Shown here: piece after piece, positions 7,954 through 17,300 of the stretch
Layout: each line of letters starts with the position of its first letter
How positions within the stretch are numbered: the first letter of the stretch is position 1
Origin: Myxococcota bacterium
GTDB taxonomy: Bacteria; Myxococcota_A; UBA796; GCA-2862545
DNA length: 22,626 bases
Direction: 5' to 3'
Assembly: GCA_039208735.1 (NCBI GenBank)
Contig: JBCCQY010000154.1
Location: forward strand, 1 to 22,626
The notes under the pieces: generated by a model
What the model was told of the DNA's origin: nothing
Database searches by the model: none
The model's input: the letters and a program-made list of their open reading frames with translations, nothing else
Translations under genes and position numbers: made by a program

Positions 7954-8529
7954 ATGCGCGACTTGTCGATTCTTGTGATGGGGCTGCTGACGGCCTGTTT
8001 GGGTACGCCCTCGCCGGAAGCTTCGAATTCGGCCACAGCCGATGACGGCACGCCGAAGCTCAGTTGTCCGGAAGGGACCGCCCAGCAATCAGGAACCTCG
8101 CCGGAAGGGGAGGAGTACTGGTGTGATCGCTCAGGTGTGATGCACGGGCCCTTCCTTAAGTTCCACCCCAACGGCATGCGCGCCGCATCGGGGACTTGGG
8201 AGGAGAACCAGCGATCGGGCCAGTGGACCTGGTGGTTCAACAACGAGCAGACGAAGATGAAAGGCAAGTACGACCGAGGCAAGCAAACCGGCTCGTGGAC
8301 CTGGTGGCACGACAACGGCAATCGTCAGCAGGAAGGCGACTTTCTACTCGGACGTCGTCAGGGCAAGTGGACGACATTTTACCCTTCGGGCAATCGCGAG
8401 TCCGAGGGCATGTACCACAACGACAATCGTAGCGATTCCTGGAAGTACTACGACGACGATGACACGGACAAGGTCGTTCGCACCGAAAGTTACGAAAATG
8501 GCAAGGTGGTCGAAAAGCCCAAAAGGTGA
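7954..8529 (+). CDS. MORN-variant repeat lipoprotein (YwqK-like)
   Basis: ATG 7954 gives MRDLSILVMGLLTAC (lipobox). Repeats of about 24 aa: G.W.xxxxxNG.....G.Y..G...G.W. Confidence 0.8.
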   Translation: MRDLSILVMGLLTACLGTPSPEASNSATADDGTPKLSCPEGTAQQSGTSPEGEEYWCDRSGVMHGPFLKFHPNGMRAASGTWEENQRSGQWTWWFNNEQTKMKGKYDRGKQTGSWTWWHDNGNRQQEGDFLLGRRQGKWTTFYPSGNRESEGMYHNDNRSDSWKYYDDDDTDKVVRTESYENGKVVEKPKR

Positions 8530-8533
8530 AGGA

Positions 8534-8567
8534 CGGCCCCTCTGGGAAGGGGCCGCTTGTGTTTTTT
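8534..8567 (+). terminator. Rho-independent terminator of the MORN lipoprotein gene
   Basis: CGGCCCCT-ctggga-AGGGGCCG followed by CTTGTGTTTTTT, 4 nt after the stop codon. Confidence 0.75.
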
Positions 8568-8591
8568 GGGGTGTCGTGCCTAGACTCTAGG

Positions 8592-8692
8592 GGTAGCTCG
8601 GAGCAGTGCTTCGGGCGCAGGGGTTGGGGCAACTGCTCCACCTGAAGCACCGACCGAGGGGGGGGTTTCACGGTCGGTGCTTCTTCTTTCCT
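8592..8692 (+). ncRNA. Candidate structured small RNA with two hairpins and its own terminator
   Basis: -10-like TAGACT at 8581-8586. Stem GGAGCAGT/ACTGCTCC (8600-8607/8632-8639). Perfect 13-bp stem GAAGCACCGACCG/CGGTCGGTGCTTC (8644-8656/8671-8683) with a G8 loop, followed by TTCTTTCCTT. Confidence 0.4.
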
Positions 8693-9408
8693 TGCGTAGG
8701 GAGATGGATTCCCTGCGCGAGGAGCTGCTTTTCGGCGGCAGCAGCCCAGCCACGGTTGGCCGCGGGGCTCGCGGGAGATGGGTGGAGCACGCGGCCGACG
8801 GGGAGGGCGTTGCCCACGACGGCCTTGGCACGACCCTCGGCCCAGTTGCCAACGCCGACCACGCGCCGGGGTTGGAGGACGTCGATCATGGCTGCGAGCG
8901 CGCGGTCGCAGTGGGCCAGCATCTGCGTGCGCTCGGTGCGGGCCAACTTGTCGGGGGTCAGGTTGCGCCCCGTGGCGTGAAGGAAGAGCAACGGGCAGTA
9001 GTTGGCGATGAAGTGATCGGCAAAGAACGCTTCCGCCGTGCCGAAGCGCTCGGCCGCCCAACCCCAAAGGCGGGCGCCACTGACTTCAGACCGCGCACAG
9101 GCGAAGCCGTCGATGGGGCGTTTAGGGTGTTCCACGGCGGGTTTTTCGACCGGACCCTCGATGCCCAGCCAGTCTCGCACGGCGGCGACTTCGCCGAACG
9201 GGACACCGGTCTGAGCCATTCCGAAGGGGCCTGGGTTCATTCCGAGCCAAAGGACGCGACCAACGCCTCGTCCGTAGCGCTCGAGGTAGGCTGCGTGGGG
9301 GGCCCAAGCGTACTGGAGGGGGCGATACACGAACGCCACGGGCTCTGAAAACGACAATTCGGCCAGCCTGCGATCGAGTTCGGTGGCGATGGTGAGGAGG
9401 TCACTCAC
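8668..9408 (-). CDS. SMUG1-type (family 3) single-strand-selective monofunctional uracil-DNA glycosylase
   Basis: GMNPGPFGMAQTGVPFG, EHPKRP, RSEVSGARLWG, NYCPL, NLTPDKL, HPSPASPAANRGW. The GTG start overlaps the rtcR stop (GTGA). Confidence 0.95.
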   Translation of the reverse strand: MSDLLTIATELDRRLAELSFSEPVAFVYRPLQYAWAPHAAYLERYGRGVGRVLWLGMNPGPFGMAQTGVPFGEVAAVRDWLGIEGPVEKPAVEHPKRPIDGFACARSEVSGARLWGWAAERFGTAEAFFADHFIANYCPLLFLHATGRNLTPDKLARTERTQMLAHCDRALAAMIDVLQPRRVVGVGNWAEGRAKAVVGNALPVGRVLHPSPASPAANRGWAAAAEKQLLAQGIHLPTQGKKKHRP

Positions 9409-11015
9409 AGTGCGTCATCCGGGTTGAGGCGTTCGACGATGACGGCCCATTCGAGGCCAAACCGACGGAGGTATTTGCGCAGCCGGTCTGCGTCATTGGT
9501 GTGTTTGCGACGGGTGCGGCTGACCGCGAACAGGACCCGGCCTGCGTCCGACGCCGTGCGCGCCTTCCGGCAGACATCGAGCACGTCGTCGAGTTGTACG
9601 CGTTCGAACCGGTCGAGTTCCGCGACGGCTTCGGGACCGAGTACCCGCTCCGCCAAGCCGTGGGCAGGCGTGGCCCCCCGGGCCCCGCGCCACGCCTGTC
9701 GCAGGCGAGCGATCTCCCGGTGCACCTCAAGTTCGCTGATGCGTCCGCCCGGAGCCAACGTGGCCATGCGAACGACGGCCGCGTTGAGGTCTCGGAAGTT
9801 TGCGCGCCATGCTGCTTCGCCCGAGACGGCGAACGTGAGGAAGGCCTTTCGCGCGTCGCGGTTGAACGAAACGCGACGTCCCGACGTTTGCGCGAATTGT
9901 TCGAGTTCGAAGTCGAGGTTCGGTTCGATGTCTTCGGGGCGGTCGCGCAGACCCGGAAGTTCGAAGTGCCACAGGTCGATACGTGCCAGGAGGTCTTCGC
10001 GAAACCGGCTCGTTCGAACGTCCTCACGCAGGTTGCGGTTGGTGCCGGCCAGGAGCTGAAAGTGGCTTTCGGTCTCGTGGTCCGAACCCATGGGCATGAA
10101 CCTTCGCTCTTCGAGGGCCCGCAGGAGCATGGCTTGCTCATCCAGGCCAAGTTCGCCGATCTCATCGAGGAACAGCACGCCGCCATCGGCGCTCGCCAAC
10201 ACGCCCGTCCGGTCCGCAACGGCGCCGGTGAAAGCGCCGCGTTTGTGCCCAAACAAGGTCGACATGGCCTGGTCTCCGCGCAGCGTGGCGCAGTTGACCT
10301 CGACGAGGGGAAGAGGCGAGGCACTTCGTCTTCGTTTGACCTCGGTAATGGCGCGCGCAAGCCTCGACTTCCCTGCGCCCGTGGGTCCTGAAAGCAAGAT
10401 GGGGGCATCTGAGACTTCTGCGACCCGGGCCAGTTCCTCCATCATTTGGTTGAAGCCAGGGTTTCGTGTGGCGATGCCCGACTTGAGCACCGATGTGCCT
10501 TCGGCTCGGGTCTCGGCGAACCGCCTGGCGATGCGGTCGTAGCGCGCCAGGTTGAGGTCGATGAGTTCGACGCCGGGTGGTCGTTCTTGACGGGGAGGCG
10601 AAGTCTGCAGCAGACGGCCCGGCAAGAAGCGAGCCTCCGTGAGCAAGAACATGCAGATCTGCATCACATGGGTTCCCGTCGTGATGTGGATCCACAGGTC
10701 TTGAGCGTCTTCGGTGAAGGCCTGCTCGCGGGACCAGTCGTACAGCGTCGCAAACACGTCCTCGAAGTCCCAGGGGCGGGGAAACGCCAACGCATGCGGG
10801 ATCACCGTCGTGTCTGGCGACAGGCGGGCGATGTCGCTCAGCACAGGTTCGGGCGTCTTGTCGTCTTGGTAGATGAGATGGAGCGTCGAAACATACACGT
10901 CGTCGCGTTGGAAGATCCCTACGGTGGGCCGCCATTTCTCCCAACGCCGGGGACTTCGCCCGCTGTCCAACTGCATCCCATACATGCCGACAACCACCAC
11001 GTTGGTGGCGGCCAT
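9405..11015 (-). CDS. rtcR: RtcR, sigma54-dependent activator (CARF-like N-terminal domain + AAA+ + HTH)
   Basis: RWEKWRPTV, PWDFEDVFATLYD, HITTGTHVMQIC, IDLNLARYD, LKSGIATRN, Walker A GPTGAGKS, GAFTGA, LFLDEIGE, NDADRLRKYL. Start moved to ATG 11015 because of an AGGAGG RBS. Confidence 0.96.
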   Translation of the reverse strand: MAATNVVVVGMYGMQLDSGRSPRRWEKWRPTVGIFQRDDVYVSTLHLIYQDDKTPEPVLSDIARLSPDTTVIPHALAFPRPWDFEDVFATLYDWSREQAFTEDAQDLWIHITTGTHVMQICMFLLTEARFLPGRLLQTSPPRQERPPGVELIDLNLARYDRIARRFAETRAEGTSVLKSGIATRNPGFNQMMEELARVAEVSDAPILLSGPTGAGKSRLARAITEVKRRRSASPLPLVEVNCATLRGDQAMSTLFGHKRGAFTGAVADRTGVLASADGGVLFLDEIGELGLDEQAMLLRALEERRFMPMGSDHETESHFQLLAGTNRNLREDVRTSRFREDLLARIDLWHFELPGLRDRPEDIEPNLDFELEQFAQTSGRRVSFNRDARKAFLTFAVSGEAAWRANFRDLNAAVVRMATLAPGGRISELEVHREIARLRQAWRGARGATPAHGLAERVLGPEAVAELDRFERVQLDDVLDVCRKARTASDAGRVLFAVSRTRRKHTNDADRLRKYLRRFGLEWAVIVERLNPDDAL

Positions 11016-11072
11016 TGCGCTCCTCCTTGCGCAGGTTCGCCACACAACGTAGCCAGGAGGCTCGGAGGGCTC

Positions 11073-12083
11073 TTGCTCACGTTGGATGGTCGACAAGGAG
11101 AAGGGGGAGGGCAGGTCCTCCGGATTGCCTTGGCATTAGCGGCGATCACGGGCACGCCATTTCGCATTCACAACATCCGTGGAGGTCGGGCGAAATCGGG
11201 CCTGCTGCGTCAGCACCTCACGGGGGTACGCGCGGTGGCCGAGGTGTGTGGCGCGCGGGTGGAAGGTGCCGAGCTGCGATCGCAGGAGTTGACGTTCGTC
11301 CCCGGGGCCGTGAAAGCAGGCGCGTTCGAGTTCGCGGTCGGCTCGGCGGGCAGCGCAGGTCTGGTCCTGCAAGCGCTCCTTCCTGTGTTGTGGCACGCCG
11401 ACGGCCCTTCAACGGTGCAGGTATCGGGTGGCACCCACAATCCTTCCGCGCCTCCGGCGGATTTCTTGATGCGAACCCTCGCACCCGTGTTGGCCACGAT
11501 GGGGTTCGCCATGGAACTTTCGTTGGACCAACATGGGTTTTATCCGGCCGGGGGTGGCGCCTACCGGGTTTCGGTGACGCCGGGCCCGACGAAGCCGTTG
11601 AGCCTTCTGGAGCGAGGAGCGGTGCAAAAGGTTGAGGTAACGTCCATCGTGGCGAATTTGCCGGCCAATGTTGGGCAACGCGAGCTTACGGCCGTAAAGG
11701 CGGCCCTTCCGGTCGAAAATCTGGTGACGACAATCGAAACCGTTCGATCCCCAGGTCCAGGCAACGCGGTGGTCGTGGCGGTGGAGTCGGAGGCGGTCAC
11801 AGAAGTGTTCACTGCGTTCGGGCGCCGCGGGCGACCTGCCGAAGACGTCGGCCAGAGCGTGGCCGAGTCCGCGACAGCGTATCTTGATTCCGGAGTCCCG
11901 GTCGGCCCGCACCTCGCGGATCAGCTCATGCTCCCCTTGGCGATCGCGGGCGGACAATTCTCGACCGGAGCGCTAACCGAGCATTCACGAACTGCGATCG
12001 GGATCATCGCGCAGTTTCTGGAACGGTCACCCCGTGTGATACCGCAAGATGATCAAAGACTCTTGGTTGAATGTTCGATTTAG
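11073..12083 (+). CDS. rtcA: RNA 3'-terminal phosphate cyclase
   Basis: LDGRQGEGGGQVLR, GLLRQHLT, GSAGSAGLVLQ, GGTHNPSAPP, GFYPAGGG, HLADQL and catalytic His in TEHSRT. TTG start 11073 with GGAGG RBS; the ORF-track extension to 10446 is antisense to rtcR. Confidence 0.96.
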   Translation: MLTLDGRQGEGGGQVLRIALALAAITGTPFRIHNIRGGRAKSGLLRQHLTGVRAVAEVCGARVEGAELRSQELTFVPGAVKAGAFEFAVGSAGSAGLVLQALLPVLWHADGPSTVQVSGGTHNPSAPPADFLMRTLAPVLATMGFAMELSLDQHGFYPAGGGAYRVSVTPGPTKPLSLLERGAVQKVEVTSIVANLPANVGQRELTAVKAALPVENLVTTIETVRSPGPGNAVVVAVESEAVTEVFTAFGRRGRPAEDVGQSVAESATAYLDSGVPVGPHLADQLMLPLAIAGGQFSTGALTEHSRTAIGIIAQFLERSPRVIPQDDQRLLVECSI

Positions 12084-12087
12084 TCGA
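12075..12087. promoter_or_regulatory. Candidate LysR-type T-N11-A operator
   Basis: TCG-ATTTAGT-CGA dyad 22 nt upstream of the LysR gene start, overlapping the rtcA stop codon. Confidence 0.4.
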
Positions 12088-12108
12088 TATTCTCCGGGGA
12101 CGGGTCGA

Positions 12109-13017
12109 ATGAACAGTCTGAATTTGAACCACCTGCGGTATTTTTGGTTGACCGCACGGGAAGGAAGCCTCACCCGGGCAAGCCGACGCCTCAACCTTGC
12201 GCCGTCGACGGTAAGTACGCAAATCAAGGCGCTCGAAGAGGCGATTGGGCAGCCACTGTTCGACAGGCGGGGGCGCTCGTTGGTGTTGACCGCGCATGGT
12301 GAGGTCGTCCGACAATATGCGGATGAGATTTTTGCGCTTTCGGAAGAACTCGTGCAGTCGCTGCGCGACTCTAGTGCGAGCCGTCCTACGGCGCGACTGC
12401 GGGTTGGGGTTAGTGCACACCTCCCCAAGCTCGTGGCGTACCGACTGGTCTCTCCGGTCATGCAGAACCCCAATGGTCCGGTGCATCTTGCATGCTTCGA
12501 AGACCAGCCCGAGCGCCTCGTGGCCGACCTTGCGGTGAGCCAGCTCGATGTGGTGTTGTCGGACGCTCCGGTGGGTCTTGCGAGCGAGGTGCGGGTCGAA
12601 AGCCTCCTCATCGGGGAGTCGCCGATCGCGTTGATGGCCCATGAAAGCTTGGCGAAGGACCTGCGCGAAGGCTTCCCCGGAAGTCTCGACAATGCGCCGT
12701 TGCTTCTTCCCGACCAAAGTTCGGCGATGCGGCGGCTTCTCGAACAGTGGTTCGAGGATCAAGGCCTGCGGCCAAGGGTGATTGGCGAGTTTGGCGACTC
12801 GGCGCTCCTGGCTTCGTTTGGAATGCAGGGGGCAGGATTGTTTCCGACGTCCGCGATCATCGCCAACGAGGTGGCCAAGCAGTATCATGTCGAACAGGTC
12901 GGCCTCATGCCGGGGGCCCGAGAGCGGTTCTACGCGATTGCGCGGCCCGGTCGCCTTGAAGAATTGCCCATTTCGCTCATCGTTGAGAATGGGAAGGCGG
13001 TTCTGGAGTCGGCGTAA
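12109..13017 (+). CDS. LysR-family regulator, NhaR-like
   Basis: LNLNHLRYFWLTAREGSLTRAS..LNLAPSTVSTQIKALE; LPKLVAYRLV; GEFGDSALLASFG..G.GLF, the NhaR-subfamily pattern. ATG 12109. Confidence 0.9.
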   Translation: MNSLNLNHLRYFWLTAREGSLTRASRRLNLAPSTVSTQIKALEEAIGQPLFDRRGRSLVLTAHGEVVRQYADEIFALSEELVQSLRDSSASRPTARLRVGVSAHLPKLVAYRLVSPVMQNPNGPVHLACFEDQPERLVADLAVSQLDVVLSDAPVGLASEVRVESLLIGESPIALMAHESLAKDLREGFPGSLDNAPLLLPDQSSAMRRLLEQWFEDQGLRPRVIGEFGDSALLASFGMQGAGLFPTSAIIANEVAKQYHVEQVGLMPGARERFYAIARPGRLEELPISLIVENGKAVLESA

Positions 13018-14338
13018 CGGCCCGGAACAACGCAGGGAGCGCTACGGCAAGTGTCGCGGCGCGCAGCACGTAGGAGGTGAGCAGAGCTATCCAGGCTCCT
13101 GCGTTGCCGAACGCAGGTCGCAGCACAAGATCGAGCGCGATGTACAGCGCCGTGGTGATCAGGGCGGCGTTTCGCAATGCGCGACCGCGTGTGGCGCCCA
13201 GGAAGATTCCGTCCAGTTGCCAGGCGGCCACGCCCAGCAACGGTACTGCGGCGCAGTACCACAGGTGGTCAGAGGCGATCTGCAGCACTTCGGGATCCAT
13301 CACAAACCACCGCAGCAACGGTCGGCCGAGCAAGGCGATGCCGAGCGAAAACACGACTCCCATGACGACGGCGACCTCACTGGTACGGGCGATGGCCTCG
13401 GCAAGGCGTTGGCGGCTTCCCGCTCCCATCGCCTCTCCGGTCTCCTTTTCGGCGATGAAGGCCACGCCGTCCAACACGTGAGCTGAGACGGCGACAAACT
13501 GCAAGAGAACTTGGTTGGCGGCGAGTACCGCCGTGCCCAGTAAGGCGCCGGCGTTCGAGAACCAGCCGAACGCGCTCAACATGGCCAACGTCCGAACGGC
13601 GATGTCGCGGTTCGTGGCGAGTAGGCTCGACCAGGCGTGAGGCTCGTCGTCGGAGGAACGGAGCCGCGACCAGGCTACCGGGAGGTCTCGGCGGATCCAG
13701 CCGAGCGCGACCACCAAGGCGATGACCTCGGCCATGGCGGTACCGGCTCCGATCCCTGCGGGCCCCCATCCGAATTGGGTCACGAAGATCGCATCGAGGA
13801 TGGCGTTGGTTCCGTTTAGCACCAACTGGTAGCCAAGCAGCGCCCGGGTACGACCGGTGCCGAGCAGGTAGCCGTTAAGCGCGTAGCCCATCAGCGCGAA
13901 GGGCGCGCCCCCTATGCGAGCGAGGTAGTAGGCGGCGGCTCGGCTTTCGACATCCGCCGCCGCGGAAAACAGCCCTAGGGCCACCACCCGGATCACGGGG
14001 AACAAGACCCAAAGGCTCACGCCGAACACGAGACCCAGGGCCAATGCACGACCCAAGACCCCGGCCGCGCGTTCGGGAGCGCCGGCACCGATGGCCTGGG
14101 CCGCTTGGCCCGTCGTGGCCATCCGCAAAAATCCAAAGCCCCAGTACACGAAAGAGAACGTCACCGAGGCGATGGCAATCGCCGCGAGATCGGCCCCATC
14201 GCCCGTGAAGCCCATGACGACCGTGTCGACCACTCCGGTCAACGCGGTCGCAGCTTGAGCGAGCACGACGGGCCAAGCTTGTCGCATCACCCTGCGCCGG
14301 GTCAACGGGGCCCGGCCGCCCCTTGCGCCATCGGACAC
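12977..14338 (-). CDS. dinF: MATE-family efflux transporter, DinF-like
   Basis: GVVDT.V.G, GFLRMATTGQAAQA.GA, N..LD..FV..FGWG.AG...GT..AE, LAANQVL.QF..VS...LDG, AWQLDGIFLGAT. The start is uncertain (GTG 14338, TTG 14305 or ATG 14287). The 3' end overlaps the convergent LysR gene by 41 bp. Confidence 0.88.
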   Translation of the reverse strand: MSDGARGGRAPLTRRRVMRQAWPVVLAQAATALTGVVDTVVMGFTGDGADLAAIAIASVTFSFVYWGFGFLRMATTGQAAQAIGAGAPERAAGVLGRALALGLVFGVSLWVLFPVIRVVALGLFSAAADVESRAAAYYLARIGGAPFALMGYALNGYLLGTGRTRALLGYQLVLNGTNAILDAIFVTQFGWGPAGIGAGTAMAEVIALVVALGWIRRDLPVAWSRLRSSDDEPHAWSSLLATNRDIAVRTLAMLSAFGWFSNAGALLGTAVLAANQVLLQFVAVSAHVLDGVAFIAEKETGEAMGAGSRQRLAEAIARTSEVAVVMGVVFSLGIALLGRPLLRWFVMDPEVLQIASDHLWYCAAVPLLGVAAWQLDGIFLGATRGRALRNAALITTALYIALDLVLRPAFGNAGAWIALLTSYVLRAATLAVALPALFRAVTPTPEPPSHSQR

Positions 14339-14379
14339 TTTGAGGGACCCTGCCAAACAGCTTCCGGAGAGTCCTCCCC

Positions 14380-17300
14380 GTGCCGAATGCGAACGGATGG
14401 TATCAGTTTGGAGGCCCGGTCGATGCGGACGTCTTGAACGACCGCTTCCCCGGTCTCGCGCCAAGCGCGGTGGTCGAGGGTGATCGGGTCACGATTTCGC
14501 AGGAACGAAAGGATTACCTCGCGCTCATCGAGGAAGTCGACGAACTTCGCACGGATGCCGTGGCGGGTGCGATAGCGGTCACGGATCCGCATGGCTTGGT
14601 GGTTCGCCTTCCCGCCCGTTGGATCCCGCCTCGGTTTGAAGCGGATTCCGTTCCTCAGACGGCGAAGGCCCGAGTGGGGGCCATCGATGGCACCGTGGGT
14701 GCGCCCATCCTCGCCCTCGGCTGGTCGTCCGATGGCTCCTTGCTTGCCACCGCCCATGAGATCTCCGAGCTAGCGGTGGCCACGATCTGGCGGGTGGAGG
14801 ACGATGTCCTCGTCCGCGTGCATGAGATTCCGGTGGGGGAGCGGTGGATGGGAGGGCACAGCCTTGGCTTTGCCGCCCGCGCCTTGGCCACCTTCACCAA
14901 TGTGGGTCCGGGCGATGGTGTGGGGGAAATCCGACTGTTTCACGCCGATGGTGGTCAGCTTCTTCGAGTGAAGACCTTCGATAAGCCTTTTCGCTGTGCG
15001 GCGGCGGCTCCCGACGGATTCGGCTTGGTCGTGCAGCTCGCCGAGGAACGCCAGCTCACCATTCTTGATGCGATGCTCGAGCCGCAGGACACCCGAGCCG
15101 TTCACGCGGATTACACCTCGCTACGCTTTGGGCTCCGGGGCCGCCTGCTGGCGCATGGACCCGAAGGCATCGATGTGATGGATCTCAAGCAGTCGGCGGG
15201 GCTCGATCGCTTCGAAGGGACGTTCACCCATGGCGTGGCCCTGGAGGAGGGGCTGATCGCGGCCCGGACGGACGAAGGGAACGTGTTGGTGTTGAAGGCC
15301 GGCGCGGAACCGATTGAAGCTGAGCCGCTGAGCGGCGTTCGCGCGATTGGGGCGACGGGCAACGTCATCGTCGCATGGGGCGACGGCGAACTCATACGGT
15401 TCGACACCGAGACAGGAACCGTCCGGTCGCGCCATTCGGTGGCCTCCACCGCTCCCCAGATGGTGGCGGTGGCGCGGTCGGGTGATGCGGTGGCGTGGTG
15501 CGATGGGCAACGGGTCTTCCTGCCCTCGTCGACGGACGCCGAGGCTCCTTTTGACGGGTTGGTGGCGGGGGGCGCGCGGGCGATTCGCCACCTCGACGAC
15601 GATCGCGTGTGGCTTGGGGATCCGGTCGATGCCTCGGTGGACGGGTTCGTACTCGACGCCAAGGCGTGGATTGCGCCGACGGTCGATGCCTCGGTGGTCG
15701 TGGTGGCAGAGGCCGTCGGCGGAGGGCGGCCGACCGAACGGGGGCTCACGCGAGTCACCTATCGAACGACGGATGAAACCTTAGGGTGTACCTATCTCTC
15801 GGACGCTCGAACGGCGGATCTTACGCCAGATGCGGCACACCTCGTCGTCGAGATCGATGGGAACTTCGCACTGTATGGAGCGGTAGGAGGCCAGTTTCGG
15901 GGACAGCTCGGTCCTGCCGTCGAGCAATTGGCGTTCGCCCTTCGTGCCCCGGTCGCCTTGTCAAGGACGCGCGATGACCTCGCGATCTGCGAGATGGTTC
16001 CCGATCCTCCGGCTCCCACCCGACTGGCCGAGCCCGAGGTGGAACTTGCTGCGCTCGCCGAGGACGGGAGCCTTGTCGTTGCAGTGGGGGCGCGGCTCGC
16101 CTTGTGGGAGGGCAAGGAGGCCCAACTGCGGTGGGCGCGGGGGGATTGGAGCGCCGACCACGTCGCGGTCAGCCCGGACAGGACGCGCATCGTGCTGACC
16201 GTCGGGGGAGGAATTCACTGGTTTTCCGCTGCGGATGGTCGACTCATGGAGAGCTTTGCCGGTCACCCCCATGGGGTCCGGCAGCTCGCGTTCCGCGCCG
16301 ATGGGTCGCTCGTGACCCTCGGCACCGAAGGCACCATTGTGCATTGGAAGGCTCGGGGGGAAGGCCGGCCCGCGGCGCCCGATGCGGCCGAGGTGCTCCG
16401 TGCGGCGTTCGACGAACGGGACCGCGCGATGCGGGCGCCCTGGGCTCCGGTTTCGCCCCACGAGCCCACCGAGGTTGCGCCGTTGCCCCCGCTCTTGGCC
16501 GCGATGTTCCCGCCCGATCCGACGGCGGGGGTTCGGGTGGTGGGCGCACTCACTTACTTTGGAGAGTCCGTCCGCGACGAAGCGGTACTCGCCTACGTGG
16601 AAGCCACCGGTCGAGAAGCCACCACGGATTTGCAGGTGGACGATCGGTCGCTTCGGCTCGACCTTACCCTGGATCGCGAAGTTGCCCTGCAGCCGCTTCA
16701 CGACGGGCTGCTCGTCTTGGCCCGCCGAGCCCTTCGCGGTGAAGTGCAAGTCCAAGATCCACGTCGCATCAGCCATTTTACCTACGAAGCAGGCATGACC
16801 GAGGCACCCGCGCCCCGCTACGAGGTGGTGCCGGGATCGCGGGCGCGCTTGTCTCGGCTGCGGGCGCCGCATTGGCAGATTCGACCCCAAATCGAGGAGC
16901 AGGGCGGTTGGCTGTGGTGGTTGGGGCCGTACGATCCCGAACCGGGCGAGCGGCCGGGTCCGGTCGCTCCGGTGCAACGACTTCGCGTCATCGATCAGGC
17001 CACGGGGCAGCAGATTTGGTCCCAGTTGCTGACCTTCGAAGGGGTGCTTTGGGTCGCGCCCGACGGCCGACTGGCCTTGCTCACCGCTGAGGATCCAGTC
17101 GAAGCCCTCGAGGAGCAGGTGGGGTTGAAGCTGCTCGACCCCAGCAACAACCAGGTGCTCGAATTGATCGAGGGAGACCGTCAGTTTGCTCGTCAGGTGC
17201 AGTGGGCGCCCGATGGCGCGGCCTTTGGGTTCGTGGCGGAGGGCGAGGACACCCACGTCGAAGTGTGGGAGCGCGATGGTCCGCGTCGATTCTGGTTTCC

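Noticed and set aside
7954..8529. YwqK-like protein as the antitoxin of a toxin-antitoxin pair
   Set aside because: No adjacent toxin gene; it has a lipoprotein signal and generic MORN-variant repeats.
10446..11072. Apparent 209-aa N-terminal extension or fusion on RtcA
   Set aside because: It is antisense to rtcR. RtcA homology begins at TTG 11073, which has its own GGAGG RBS.
14339..14379. SOS box upstream of the dinF-like gene
   Set aside because: No match to the CTGAAC/GTTCAG motif seen at dinB.
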